Below are positions 1 to 10,332 of a stretch of DNA of 64,000 bases, piece by piece. The stretch is from Ramazzottius varieornatus (taxonomy: Eukaryota > Animalia > Tardigrada): the NCBI GenBank assembly GCA_001949185.1, contig BDGG01000005.1, positions 1,105,249 through 1,169,248 of the forward strand, given 5' to 3'. The position numbers were made by a program, and so were the translations under genes. Within the stretch, counting starts at the first letter, position 1. The number at the start of each line of letters is the position of its first letter. The notes under the pieces were generated by a model. That model did no database searches and had not been told where the DNA came from. It was given only the letters and a program-made list of their open reading frames with translations.

Positions 1-427
1 ACAGCAGGACTTCGGTCCTTTGATTAATATACTGAAAGACCAGTACAACATCTCCGCCGAAAAGGACCTCGAAGATATCAAGGAGTTCATTCAGCTTAAA
101 CAGAAGGGTATTACCCCCGGGGCCGTGTTGGCCAATGTGATGCAGAAGGACTTGTTTGGAGAAGCACCGAAAAAGCAACGACGACAGGTAAACAGGCAGC
201 TGAATACCGAGCCAGGTGCGCTGATCACCGGTCCCGAATTTGTTGCCGAGTTGGAGAAAGAAGATGAGAAGAAGAAGGCAGAGAAAGCTGCTGTTGAAGC
301 AAAACGAAAGGCTGCAGCTGAAAAGAAAAAGAAAAATGCCACGAAAGAAAAAGATGAGAATCCCACAGCATCGAAGCGCAAGGCATCAAATGTGAAGTCT
401 CTGACAAGCAAGAAAGCACGAGTTTAG
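1..427 (+). mobile_element. Probable C-terminal tail of a pogo/Tigger-type (DDE_1) transposase, 5' part outside the window
   Basis: ORF 20-427: basic patch KKQRRQVNRQL, then GALITGPEFVAELEKEDEKKK and a K/E/A-rich coil, resembling pogo-family C-termini. No catalytic domain is visible in the window. Confidence 0.45.
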
Positions 428-1525
428 TTTATCTTGGCGGAATGCGCCGTTGTACGATATTTGAGACGCATTCCGCTTTTTGAAGACTTAAAAATGTTGT
501 ACTTTGCTGATGATTTGCTCAGGTGATCAGAGAATTTAGGGATCAGAAAGGTAGAATTAAATCGAAATAGTGCAGTTCAAATTCTCCCAGAGTTTTCCCG
601 TCCAACAGCACATAAACGTAGTACGGTATCAGGCTCAGCACGGATCGCTAATGCTTGCGACACTGCTGCCCCCGCACACCACTGTCCTGACCGAATTATG
701 GTGTAAATTTCACCCTGACATAATTATGGAGTCTACCTCGTACTGTAAAATGTCGCACCGTATACTTTGCGCGTGTTTCACTGTTTCGCTGGAGGACTTC
801 CAGAATGTGATGAAAGACGAGAGCTGCAGAAGCAGGCCAGCAAGTTGACCCTTTTTGGAAAGAGTATGAAGGACTGCACAGCTAGAGTAACCGGCGAGAA
901 GGAAAATAAGAAGACAAGCCTAGACAAGAAACATGTCAAGATCAAGTAACCTGATGTGAAGGTAGACTTCTACGCTCCCGCCGTGGCCCTCGAAGGTTTT
1001 TACGAATCTTGCGTGGAGAAGTTCCATGGTAAAGCCAAGTGCCAGGTTTGTGTGCAGTGTAATGGTCACTCTGTCGGTGACAATCAGGCGTTGATACACG
1101 CTGCTCGAAGTCATTACAGATCAACGATATGCGAGCTCCCTCTTCGGAACTCAACGAAGGTAGAGGGAGCAAGAAGTTGTTCGAAGGATGAGTTTAGGGA
1201 ATCGCTATTTGGAGCGATGGTTATAGTGAAGTCTTCTGTAGTGAGAGACCGGGTAGGTTGATCTATTGCTCTTCTCCGAAATTTTCTTCCCTGCAGGTTG
1301 GTGATGCGGAGTATTTTACTTTTATCCCATGTGTTACAGACAGAAGTTGAGTAAACTGAAGAAATTCAATCAGGAATAATAATCAAACAGTAATTATCTA
1401 ATTTTATCAACGTCCATTATTATCAGTTTATCACAGCATTTTTACGTAGTCTGCACATGATCCAGAACCGAAAGAAGGTCGAGCAAGGAAGCACCGCGAT
1501 ATTTTCGAAGCAGATTGTGCATGTA

Positions 1526-3227
1526 TCAATCTGTGATTTCTACCAGTTCAAATTCTTTCATCGTATTGGCATCAATCAGGAACTTGCCTTCCACTTCGAC
1601 AGCTTCGGGACCGCCACGAATCTCGAACCTTCTGTGGCCTTTCAAAAACCAACCATGTGAGACGATACAACCCTTGGTTGTCCACTCTTTCACCTGAGTC
1701 AGAATATTACCAGCTGCATAGGCACCTGAAATAACCATCAGCGACGAACCTGCGAAATCAACATTAATGTTTAGGAAAAATAATTGGAAGACAGAAAATG
1801 CAAGATGGGAGCTCGGCAAACAAACTCGATCAAATCGTTTTCCCAAGTCGCGCATGCGTTCAGCCACTATCACTAAACACGTGTCCCATGAACCAACGGG
1901 TCTTGGACGGATCCTGTTCACGTCCCGAACGACCTGCCACCAGAGACAGAACGTCGCGTCACCAAACTAGCTAGTGCGCACAGGCGCAGCCTACTTGCGC
2001 TGGCGATACTGCGCAGTTTCTGGGTGGGCGGAGCATACTAATGGCGCATTGCGTTTCATAACGCGCCTTGGCGCTAAGTGGCCCAACAGACAAAACTGAA
2101 ATCTCACCGAAAATCTCAGTTGAGTTTGTTCGGCCACTTCGATAACATCAGCATATAGGAAAGGCTGCAGCGTTCCCGATAACCGGTTTCGTGAATCACA
2201 TGCGCGGTTGGTTCTCCCGTAAACCGCTGCAAGAGAAGGTACCGAATGACCTACCAGAACAAGAGTGAGATTTTATAAGTCTTGTCAAAAACCTCTAGAA
2301 AAACTTGATAGCTGGCCGCCAGGCGACTGGCTTGTCCGAAACTTGTGCGGACTTGCCCGAACGTGTTTCGACGGAAGCACACCATGTAGAATCAAAGAAA
2401 GGAAACGGATTGGAAGCGAAGCGGATCGGAATCAAAGCGGATCGCATCGCGATCAAAAACGGACCGGACTGAGAACGACCGAAAACGAGAACGGACTGGG
2501 AACGACTGCGCACCCGGATCTTGAAACGACCTTGGGAAATACAGCTCACGGAGTCGTTCCCATTCCGCTCGCTCGTCGTTCAGCGTCTTTTCTGGACCTG
2601 GTCTTTCTTTCTTGGGGTGTCACTTGGGAAAGCTACCCGGTAGGGTTTGCTTTTCCAAGTGGCGCAAAATTCGGCTAGAATAGCCCAGAAATAAGCGCCG
2701 CTTGGAGAAGCGATCTGTTCGATTGTGCTTGCCGAGCCCCCAGCTTGCTTTGCGGAAGTCAAATTTCAGTCGGAGTAATGCTAAGCGTTTCTATTCGCTC
2801 ACCGTATGAATAAACTTGTGCGCCAGTTACGGCAGCAGCTGTCAGCCATGCTGGAAGCTCAATGGCTGCTAATCCCACCGCCGCAAGAGCGACTCCTCCC
2901 GCTGCCAGCGCGCCGGCACCCAAGGTGAGGCCTCCCAGAAGGGCAGCAGTGATAGGGACGACATTATCCCAGTTCGAGTAACCGTTCTCGCCATTCCAGA
3001 TACGAGCCCGGATCGTCACGTGGATGTTTCCCGTCTTGCGGTGGAAGGTACCTCCGGCGGGAACAAAGTTGTCGAAGTACAGCGGAGAGATCTGCAGGAG
3101 ACATAATTCATTGCGCTGAACCGAGGCACCGGTAAACGATGGATACGAAGCTTCGATCTCTTACTTGCCAAAGCGAGACAACCAAAGGAACATGCGTCTT
3201 ATTGACGATAGATATCTCGGCTCCCAT
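1526..3227 (-). CDS. Uncharacterised 191-aa protein with an N-myristoylation-like start and a Gly/Ala-rich hydrophobic segment (exons 3227-3165, 3091-2803, 1749-1526)
   Basis: GT-AG introns with matching phases give 576 nt: MGAEISIVNKTHVPLVVSLWQ|ISPLYFDNFVPAGGTFHRKTGNIHVTIRARIWNGENGY...GGLTLGAGALAAGGVALAAVGLAA...Y|GSSLMV...HGWFLKGHRRFEIRGGP...EITD*. Confidence 0.75.
1807..1926. repeat. Foldback family copy E1 (intron 2 of the 191-aa gene; right arm degenerate)
   Basis: GGGAGCTCGGCAAACAAACTCG..ATCGTTTTCCCAAGTCGCGCA; degenerate right arm GTCCCA starts after a 29-nt spacer. Confidence 0.75.
2640..2741. repeat. Foldback family copy E2 (same intron)
   Basis: CCAAGTGGCGC(2665)-N29-GCGCCGCTTGG(2695)..CTTGCCGAGCCCC. 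Confidence 0.85.
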
Positions 3228-3591
3228 ATCCTCGTCCACAGACCACTACGGCCAGGTACTTTGCTTTCTCCGAAAAACAATAACAGCTCATTCCAGTCCA
3301 ATTAATCTTCGACTTGAAGTCTTAATTTCTTAACGTGCTCGGATTGTTACGGTTGAGCATCTGCTTACATAACGTATGCTATTTTTCTTGTTTGCCTAGC
3401 TTGTACACGCGGTGAACGGAAGACTGCAACGGAGTACGAGACTCAGCATCCACGTCACGCTCTCAAGTACTGATTCACCATATGCTTAAAATTTTGATGG
3501 CTGTGATGGAGACCGAGTCATTTTAATACATTCTTATCGAGTTTACGCCTCAATAAGACAGGTAAAGAATAGCTAACTTCAGTGAGTTGGC

Positions 3592-6295
3592 TCAGAGTTC
3601 AGTTTTAGCCCTCGTACGTGGAACTGATACATGCCGGTCTAAGAACTTTCTCATCTCTTTCAGGGAGAAGTCTTTGCCGGTGTACTTGAGTGGGACCGTC
3701 TTGTTCTTGGGCGTGGCCAGGTACAGTGTGGGGTATGTCGGGACGGGATACGTGCCGGGCGGGTCGTTCAAGCTGGTGTCCATGGCCAAGAACTCGACGC
3801 TAGTATAGTCTTTGGGCTCGGCGATCTTCAGCATGTTCTTCTCGACGGTCTCACAAACTTTGCAAAGAGGATGACAGAAGCTGACGAAGACGTCCTTCTC
3901 GCTCTCCAAAACCTTCGGCTTGAAGTCCACAGCAGCAAGGATCTTCACTGCGTCGTTCTGCTCGGTATCAGGTAAGGGCTCCTCTGACCGATAGTATGGC
4001 GTTAGCTTGCCTGTAAGAAGAACCAAAAGTTTACGAGGGTACAAAATGCGAGCAAAACGTACAGTGAAAAAAAACAAAATGCGAGCAAAATGTACAGTAA
4101 AGTACATCAAAGAAAAAAATTGGGGGAAGTGAATACCGTCAAGGTAGTCTTGGACGAATTGCTGTACGAGAGACGTTGTTATTCGCTCATTGGATCGTAG
4201 AGAATACATCTCGTTGTCCGAGCCGAAGATACCCAGGCGAATCTCGTTGTCAGCATTGACATCCTCCAACCCGAACCGTTGCATTTCATCCTTGAAGTCA
4301 GGAGCATGAGAGATGGCGAACGTGATTTGGACCACTGGGTACTGGACTGCTGCCTGGGCAATACGGTGGCGCTTGAAGCGAGTGTCTACCAAAGAAAGGT
4401 TTAGCTTAGCTTAGGTGATAGTTTGTGTTGATGGCGCGTACCTTTTTCTCCCTTGGAACTCCAGTCGATGTCCATATAGCCAACGAGCAATGGACGGCGT
4501 TTGTACAACGTGTCTTTGTTCCTCTTTGTGCGATACCCGACGACAGGTGTCGCCTTGAGCTCGATAAATTTCAAGAGGTCTTCGATGCTATGCAGATCCT
4601 AACAAACACAATCATTCGACCTGATGATTTGAATGGCTAGAACGGACGAAAAAAAGTTACATTGATCAGACGTGTGACGTCCTTTCCGACAATGTCAGGG
4701 TCCGAGTCTTTCTCTGGCAGGATCACTCCGATTCTCCATTTTTCAGCATCAAGGTGCTCCGTCCAGGTGGTCGTGGGCGTGAACTGTTTCACCATGATGA
4801 AATAGAGCTCGCCACGTAATCTGTTGGCTGCAAGTTATTCTTTAGATGAGGGAAATTCTTCCGTGGGTTAGCGATAAGGAAAAATGAGTGGACCACGAGA
4901 ACCTTACCTGCTTCGGTGAATAACAGGAACTGGGGAAGTTTCTCGTTCTCGAAATATCCCATAACAGTCGGCCTATCTTGGTGCGACTTCAGGAAGTCTT
5001 CGACCTCTTTTGACGAAAGTAGTCGGTGGAAGGGCGGAGACATCTCCTTTCTGAAGTAGTTGACCATACCTACGGGAGATATACGGTGAAGTTAGTTGGA
5101 TCCTGGAGCACGTCACTTCGCGGTAGCATTCCTCGGAGATAATAAACGATGATATTCCAAAGCTTACCTTTGGTAGTTTTCGGTCCTTTATAATCGTAGG
5201 ACTTTCCTTTGCGGTAGACTTTGATCACAGGTGGGATACCCAAAGCGTTCCGCAAGTCCTTGTGGGGCTCCACGTTGACTTTGAAAAATGTGTCACTAAT
5301 ATTCAGAGTTGCAACGGCGTTTTCCAGTTCCATCAGGATGCGATAGCTTGAAGTACGCCTGCGAATTCAGGAGAACATAAAAAAATCGTAGCACAACATA
5401 ACGCAACGTAGGCAAATGGATTGAACCAGTTCGGTACTTTGAGTGGCGCACGTTTGCTTTGTTAGCAGCTGAAGACTTGCGCCACTTGGGAAAACGATCT
5501 ACCCGCGTCCTTTATTTCACGTGCGTTATGGTGCAACCTACGTGAATGAATAGTAGAGCACGACAGCGAAATCCTTCGCGCTGACTCTCTTCTCGATGTC
5601 TTCTTTAGGAAGCTCGATCAGGTGTTCGGGAAGATTTTGTGGTGGGTACCACGCGGCTTCCTGTCGTCGGATGAGCTCTTTGACGAGTGCCTCGGCTTTG
5701 GAAGAATGCTCGAAGGCATAAGCGCGGTTCTTGTAGAAGAACATGAACTGCGGCTCTTCGCCTCTAACATCCAATTTCTTGGCGATCTCGGGGTGTTCCG
5801 AGACGTCCATACGGCCGAGGCAGATTGAGGGATGGTCCTTTTGGAGAATCGTTGCTGCCTTCTCGTATTCGAGGAGGACTTCATTGTACTTCGGGTCCCT
5901 GCATGATGAATTTACGAAACAGTTCAGTATTTTTAATGCAATCAAGTAATCAACAAGGAAGTGTACCAGGGAACATGGAAGAGCGCCAGTAGAATTTCAT
6001 GCGCTCCGACAAGGTGATAGAAGTTGTCTTTGGTGAGGATGATAACGTTGTGCTCGAAATCAACATCAGTGTCGCCGAAATGTTTTGTTATGATTTCTGC
6101 GTGAACGGGGTTATGCAGATGATCTGGATGGTGGTGCAGGGACTGACAGTAAGCTGTACAAACACAAACAAGGAACGTTCGAAACTGCAGGAGGGATTAA
6201 TGAGTAAACTAGCAGCTATAAGTCTTACCGAAGGGAAGAAGGGAAACCAGGAAGCTCAGTCCGAACCATCCCAGTATCGTCTTTCTAGTAATCAT
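3592..6295 (-). CDS. PDIA4/ERp72-like protein disulfide-isomerase family member, paralogue A (multi-exon)
   Basis: Signal-like MITRKTILGWFGLSFLVSLLPF; thioredoxin-fold repeats in a0-a-b-b'-a' order (LFHVPWDPKY..EYEKAA; YYSFTRTSS; FCHPLCKVC; YPTLY); C-terminal KTEL. Confidence 0.85.
4041..4098. repeat. Direct duplication with 33-bp period in the last intron of PDI paralogue A
   Basis: ACAAAATGCGAGCAAAAYGTACAGT at 4041 and 4074. Confidence 0.8.
5411..5500. repeat. Foldback family copy E3 (PDI-A intron)
   Basis: GGCAAA..GAGTGGCGC(5449)-N29-GCGCCACTTGGGAAAACGATC(5479). Confidence 0.85.
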
Positions 6296-7181
6296 CTTGA
6301 GTCCAGAATCCGGAATCCGCTGGATTCGTTTGTTCTTTTACGACAAGCCGGCTTGTTCTCACAGACAGCTACCTTCAAACTCATAAGAAAAACTGGGCAA
6401 ATATTTTTTTACACGCCAGCATCCGCGCTGTACGCGTGATGTACAGTACAATGTACGGCGTCAATGTCCGCCAAAAGTATCCCTTCGGGCGAGATTTTAA
6501 TGGTGTCTAAGCAAGTCATGTCATTGATTTTGCTGTGAGCTCGTCGTGATAAGGTACACGAGAGGTTCATCTTTGCAATGAAAAACAGGTTCTGGAAAAT
6601 ACTTTCATTTTCCTCTGTTTTTCACTTTCCTTTTACTGTCATACTTCGATGAGTTACCGTCATAATTAAGTGCTCGATCAGTCAATCGGACTTATTGTCA
6701 GAGGTCAGTTCCCATCAAACTCTCCACGTGCAACGATGAGAGCGGAAACTAGCTTCACCTCAGAAATTTTCGACTGTAATGTTTTAAACGTGGTGAATTT
6801 ACTGCGCCATCTCTTTGGTTTGTTTTCAGAGCGCTACAAAACTTTACTCCAAATGGGACGTTGGTGTCGACAGATGAATCGAGCACGGTCTTTATCCCAA
6901 TTGACGCATGTTTCCACTATTTTTAGCTGACAGACTGCGCGTCTTAGGAAAAGCAGCCTGTTCAAGGCATCTGTCAACGTTTCAAACTTCAATCAGATTC
7001 ATGAACCACATAGCATCGTAATGGGAGGTAGTGCTACAACAGAAAGGGGTCCGAAACAAAGTGGGCGGGGTAGAGACCGGGTACGGAATTGCAAAAGCGG
7101 AAAGACAAGTTCTTCAAAAATTGGTTACATTTTATAACACATACGTGCGTCGGACATTAAACAAAAAGTTTAGTCTACAAA

Positions 7182-9972
7182 TTACAGTTCGGTTTTTACG
7201 GGTTCATTGCATATCTCAGGAATCTTGAATCTTTCCAACTCTGTATCAAGGAAGAGCCGTACTTCTGCTTCGTCAGACTGGCTTCCGCTGTATACCACAG
7301 GGTTTTCCGGATATCCTTTCGGCACAAAGTAGATCATAGGGTAATAAGGCAGCTTGAAGTACGCCGGTACGTCGTTGGCCGACGCATCCAATACGGCAAA
7401 CTGAATCTTCTTCGCCTTGTATGTCTCATTCGTTGTTAGATCTTGCAGGACTGCGAAGGTTAGCCTCCAGTATTTGGCCAACGGATGGTAGAGCATCACC
7501 AACGTGTCGAACTTCCCGTCGAGAACCTCCGACTGGAAGGTCTCGCCGGTCAGCTCTTTCACATCGGAAGGAGGAAGTAAAGAGTTGGTTTGGTTACTTC
7601 GATAGTAAGGCTTGATTTCACCTTGTAACAAAAATTGAAAATAAAAGCGAGTAGTAATTTTGTATTCAAGAATTAGGAGCTTGGCAAACGATGCTGACGA
7701 GACCGTTTTCCCAAGTGGCGCCTATTTACACTGTTACTGGTTCAGAGCACGCGCCGCTTAAACCGATTCTGCCGAGTTTGTTTGTCTTTACAAGTGGCGC
7801 ATATTGCAGGCTTTGTGGGCTGAAGGCGTGCGCCACTTGGAAAACAGTCACGTCGAATTTGTTTGCCGAGCGCTCAAGTTTGGTTTTCCGTACCGGCTTT
7901 GAACTGGGCGACGAACTCGCTGATCATTTTGGTACTCATATGCGTAGTGTCCCATCGTCGATAGTACTCGCCGTCTTTGCCGAGAATACCAACGTGGAGG
8001 TCGTATTTGGGATCTAGGCTGAAGCCGAACCGGTTCACTTCCTCATGGAATTCCGATATATCCGACATGGCAAACATTGTATCCTTGTGGTCCTTCGCAG
8101 CGCCAGCAACCTTGTCACGCAGGAACTCAGTCTCCTTCCGGTCTGACTTCTTGCTGCTCCAATCTATCTTGCTGTAGACCACTACGAGTGGACGGTGGCT
8201 GTAGATGATCTTGGCGTTTTCCTTTGTGCGTTCTCCGGCCAAGGGAGTGGCTTTCCATTTGACAAAATCCACCATCATTTGCAAAGTGGCTTGTTCCTGA
8301 AACATTTCAATAATGTTTCCTCCGCTGAGGCTTTGCACCTTCGAAATTCGATACTAACGTATTGTAAGATTGATTTCTTCTCATCGTGAGGAGTGTGTTG
8401 ATGTCGGGGTAGGAAGACTGCCATGGTCCATCCTTCGGCTTGCTTTTCTTCTCCGTTGCTTCTGACGGTCGGAGTGCTCATTAGAACGAAATGGTACTTG
8501 TCCCGGAGTAGTGTAGCTGTAACAGGAGACTGATTGAATTCACACATGAAGAAATCACACAGAAGAAAAGACCAACCTGTTTCGACAAAGTCCGGAAACT
8601 TGGGTAAAGATGTGGATTCGAAGAAGCCCACCACGATGGCCGTATCGTTGTGAGTTTTGACAAAGTTTTCGAAGGCCGGAGGATCGGGAATGGGTGTGAA
8701 GGGACGATCCATATGGAACATGATATAGTTTGCTAAATCTAACGTACAAAACGTCGTGATAGTCACATGACCGAACAATCGAAGACTCGTATGCAAACGG
8801 AAGTCAATCGTACCTTTGTGATTTAGAAGCGGTCCGTTGAAGTCATATGGCTTTTCATTACGGAATAACTTGAAAGCTGGAAGCTCTGTTACGCCATATT
8901 TTTCCATTGTGTTGGGAAAGTCAGGTGCTTCAAACTTGTAGAACCCAAACTTGGATCTTGGTACAACGGCGGGTATTTTCAGATTGTCCAAGGCTAGTTC
9001 GTACGTATGAAGGATTCTTTCGGTAGCCAAAGACCTGTGAAGATTACGGTATGACCGTCGGTATGGCTCCTATGCATCAACATACATTTAGGGAGGAATA
9101 TCCAAGTACTTACTGGGGCTTGTAAAACAGAACCACGGCAAAGGCTTTTTCTTTCAGCAAGTTGACGAAGTCCTTATTGGTGATTTCTTTGACTTGGTGT
9201 TCCGTGCCTTGCACTTCCGGCGGGGACCACGAAGGTTGGGACATGATCCTCAGGCGCTTCACCAAAGCCGCACCGTCTTTGTAATCAGGCATGGAAAAGT
9301 GGCGGCCTTTGTAAAACAAGAAGTACTGTACTTCGTGGCTCGTGACGTCCAGTATCTCCGCGGCTCGCCATTCGACGACCACGTCCAGCTTGGCTACAGT
9401 GACGTCGGCGGTTATTTGTTTCGCTTTCTGGGCAATCGTTTCGTACTCTTTGATCTTCTTCTGATATTTTTCATCCCTGCCAAAAACGCAAACATGGTGG
9501 TGAGACGTCGGCTAATGGATTTGGCGTCATCGTTGTGTCAAGTGGCGCACGTTCCCATTGCTGTTGGCTGAAGGTGTGCACCACTTGGGAAAACGATCAT
9601 GTCAAGTCATTTGCCGACGTACCATAAATTGATACTCATCAATCGAACTCGCCACAGAATCCAAGACATTGAACTTTTGAACGCTTACCATGGAACGTAG
9701 GTCATGATTAGCACTATCTTGTTGGCTCCCACCAAATGCTTCAGATTTATGTGGGTGACTATCTCCACGCCATTTTCATTGTTCATTTCCCAGTAAGGAG
9801 CACTCCAGTTTGTTCGGTCTATGCCATCGTCCATACAAAAGTACCCTGAAGTCAAGCCAATAAACATCACCAACCAGTTTTTGTTTTTGCATTCAAGGAA
9901 ACAGTTTACATGTTTCGTCCACTTACCGACGATATAGCCCAAAAAGAATGTCGCTACCAAATAGGACCACAT
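7182..9972 (-). CDS. PDIA4/ERp72-like paralogue B with no CxxC motif (multi-exon)
   Basis: Signal-like MWSYLVATFFLGYIV; active-site positions read TYVPWDEKY, FYKPQSLAT and LYHPLAKYW; DASANDVP..YPMIYFVP; C-terminal KTEL. Intron positions are shared with paralogues A and C. Confidence 0.85.
7676..7875. repeat. Foldback family dimer E4 (last intron of PDI-B)
   Basis: Two cores, GGCGC 7721/GCGCC 7751 and 7800/7830, both with 29-nt spacers, enclosed by GGAGCTTGGCAAAC and GTTTGCCGAGCG. Confidence 0.9.
9503..9623. repeat. Foldback family copy E5 (PDI-B intron)
   Basis: GACGTCGGCTAA..CAAGTGGCGC(9548)-N29-GCACCACTTGGGAAAACGATC..TTTGCCGACGT. Confidence 0.9.
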
Positions 9973-10332
9973 TTTGGATAAAAAATACGGCCACCGGTAT
10001 AATCCAGAAATACGGAGACTGTGCCTTCCCACCGAAAACGGAACGGCGTTGTCAAAAGACCAGTTCAATGACTCAGTGGCAGGCTGTATGCTGCCAGAAA
10101 GAAAATTCACAGGTCGTACGGGAAGTGAAGGTGGTTACTGAAGAGAGCATATGTTTGTCAGCCGGTGAAAGAACGGCTTCCGGCGCTTGTAGTTTCACTT
10201 TGACAAGGTTCAGTGGCTCCATAAAACGCCCAGAAGCATTAACACGTTGTATCGATACAAAGACAAAATATTCTGTCACAGTCTCAGACGAAAAGAGAAA
10301 TTTGGAATAAAATTCCAACCAGGAAATGAAAT

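Noticed and set aside
570-1261. Short + strand ORFs with Cys/His residues (possible zinc-finger fragment)
   Set aside because: No convincing family motif or consistent splice model; may be a transposon remnant.
2380-2540. CGGAT/CGGAA-rich stretch with ORFs on both strands
   Set aside because: Looks like decayed low-complexity sequence inside an intron; neither translation is recognisable.
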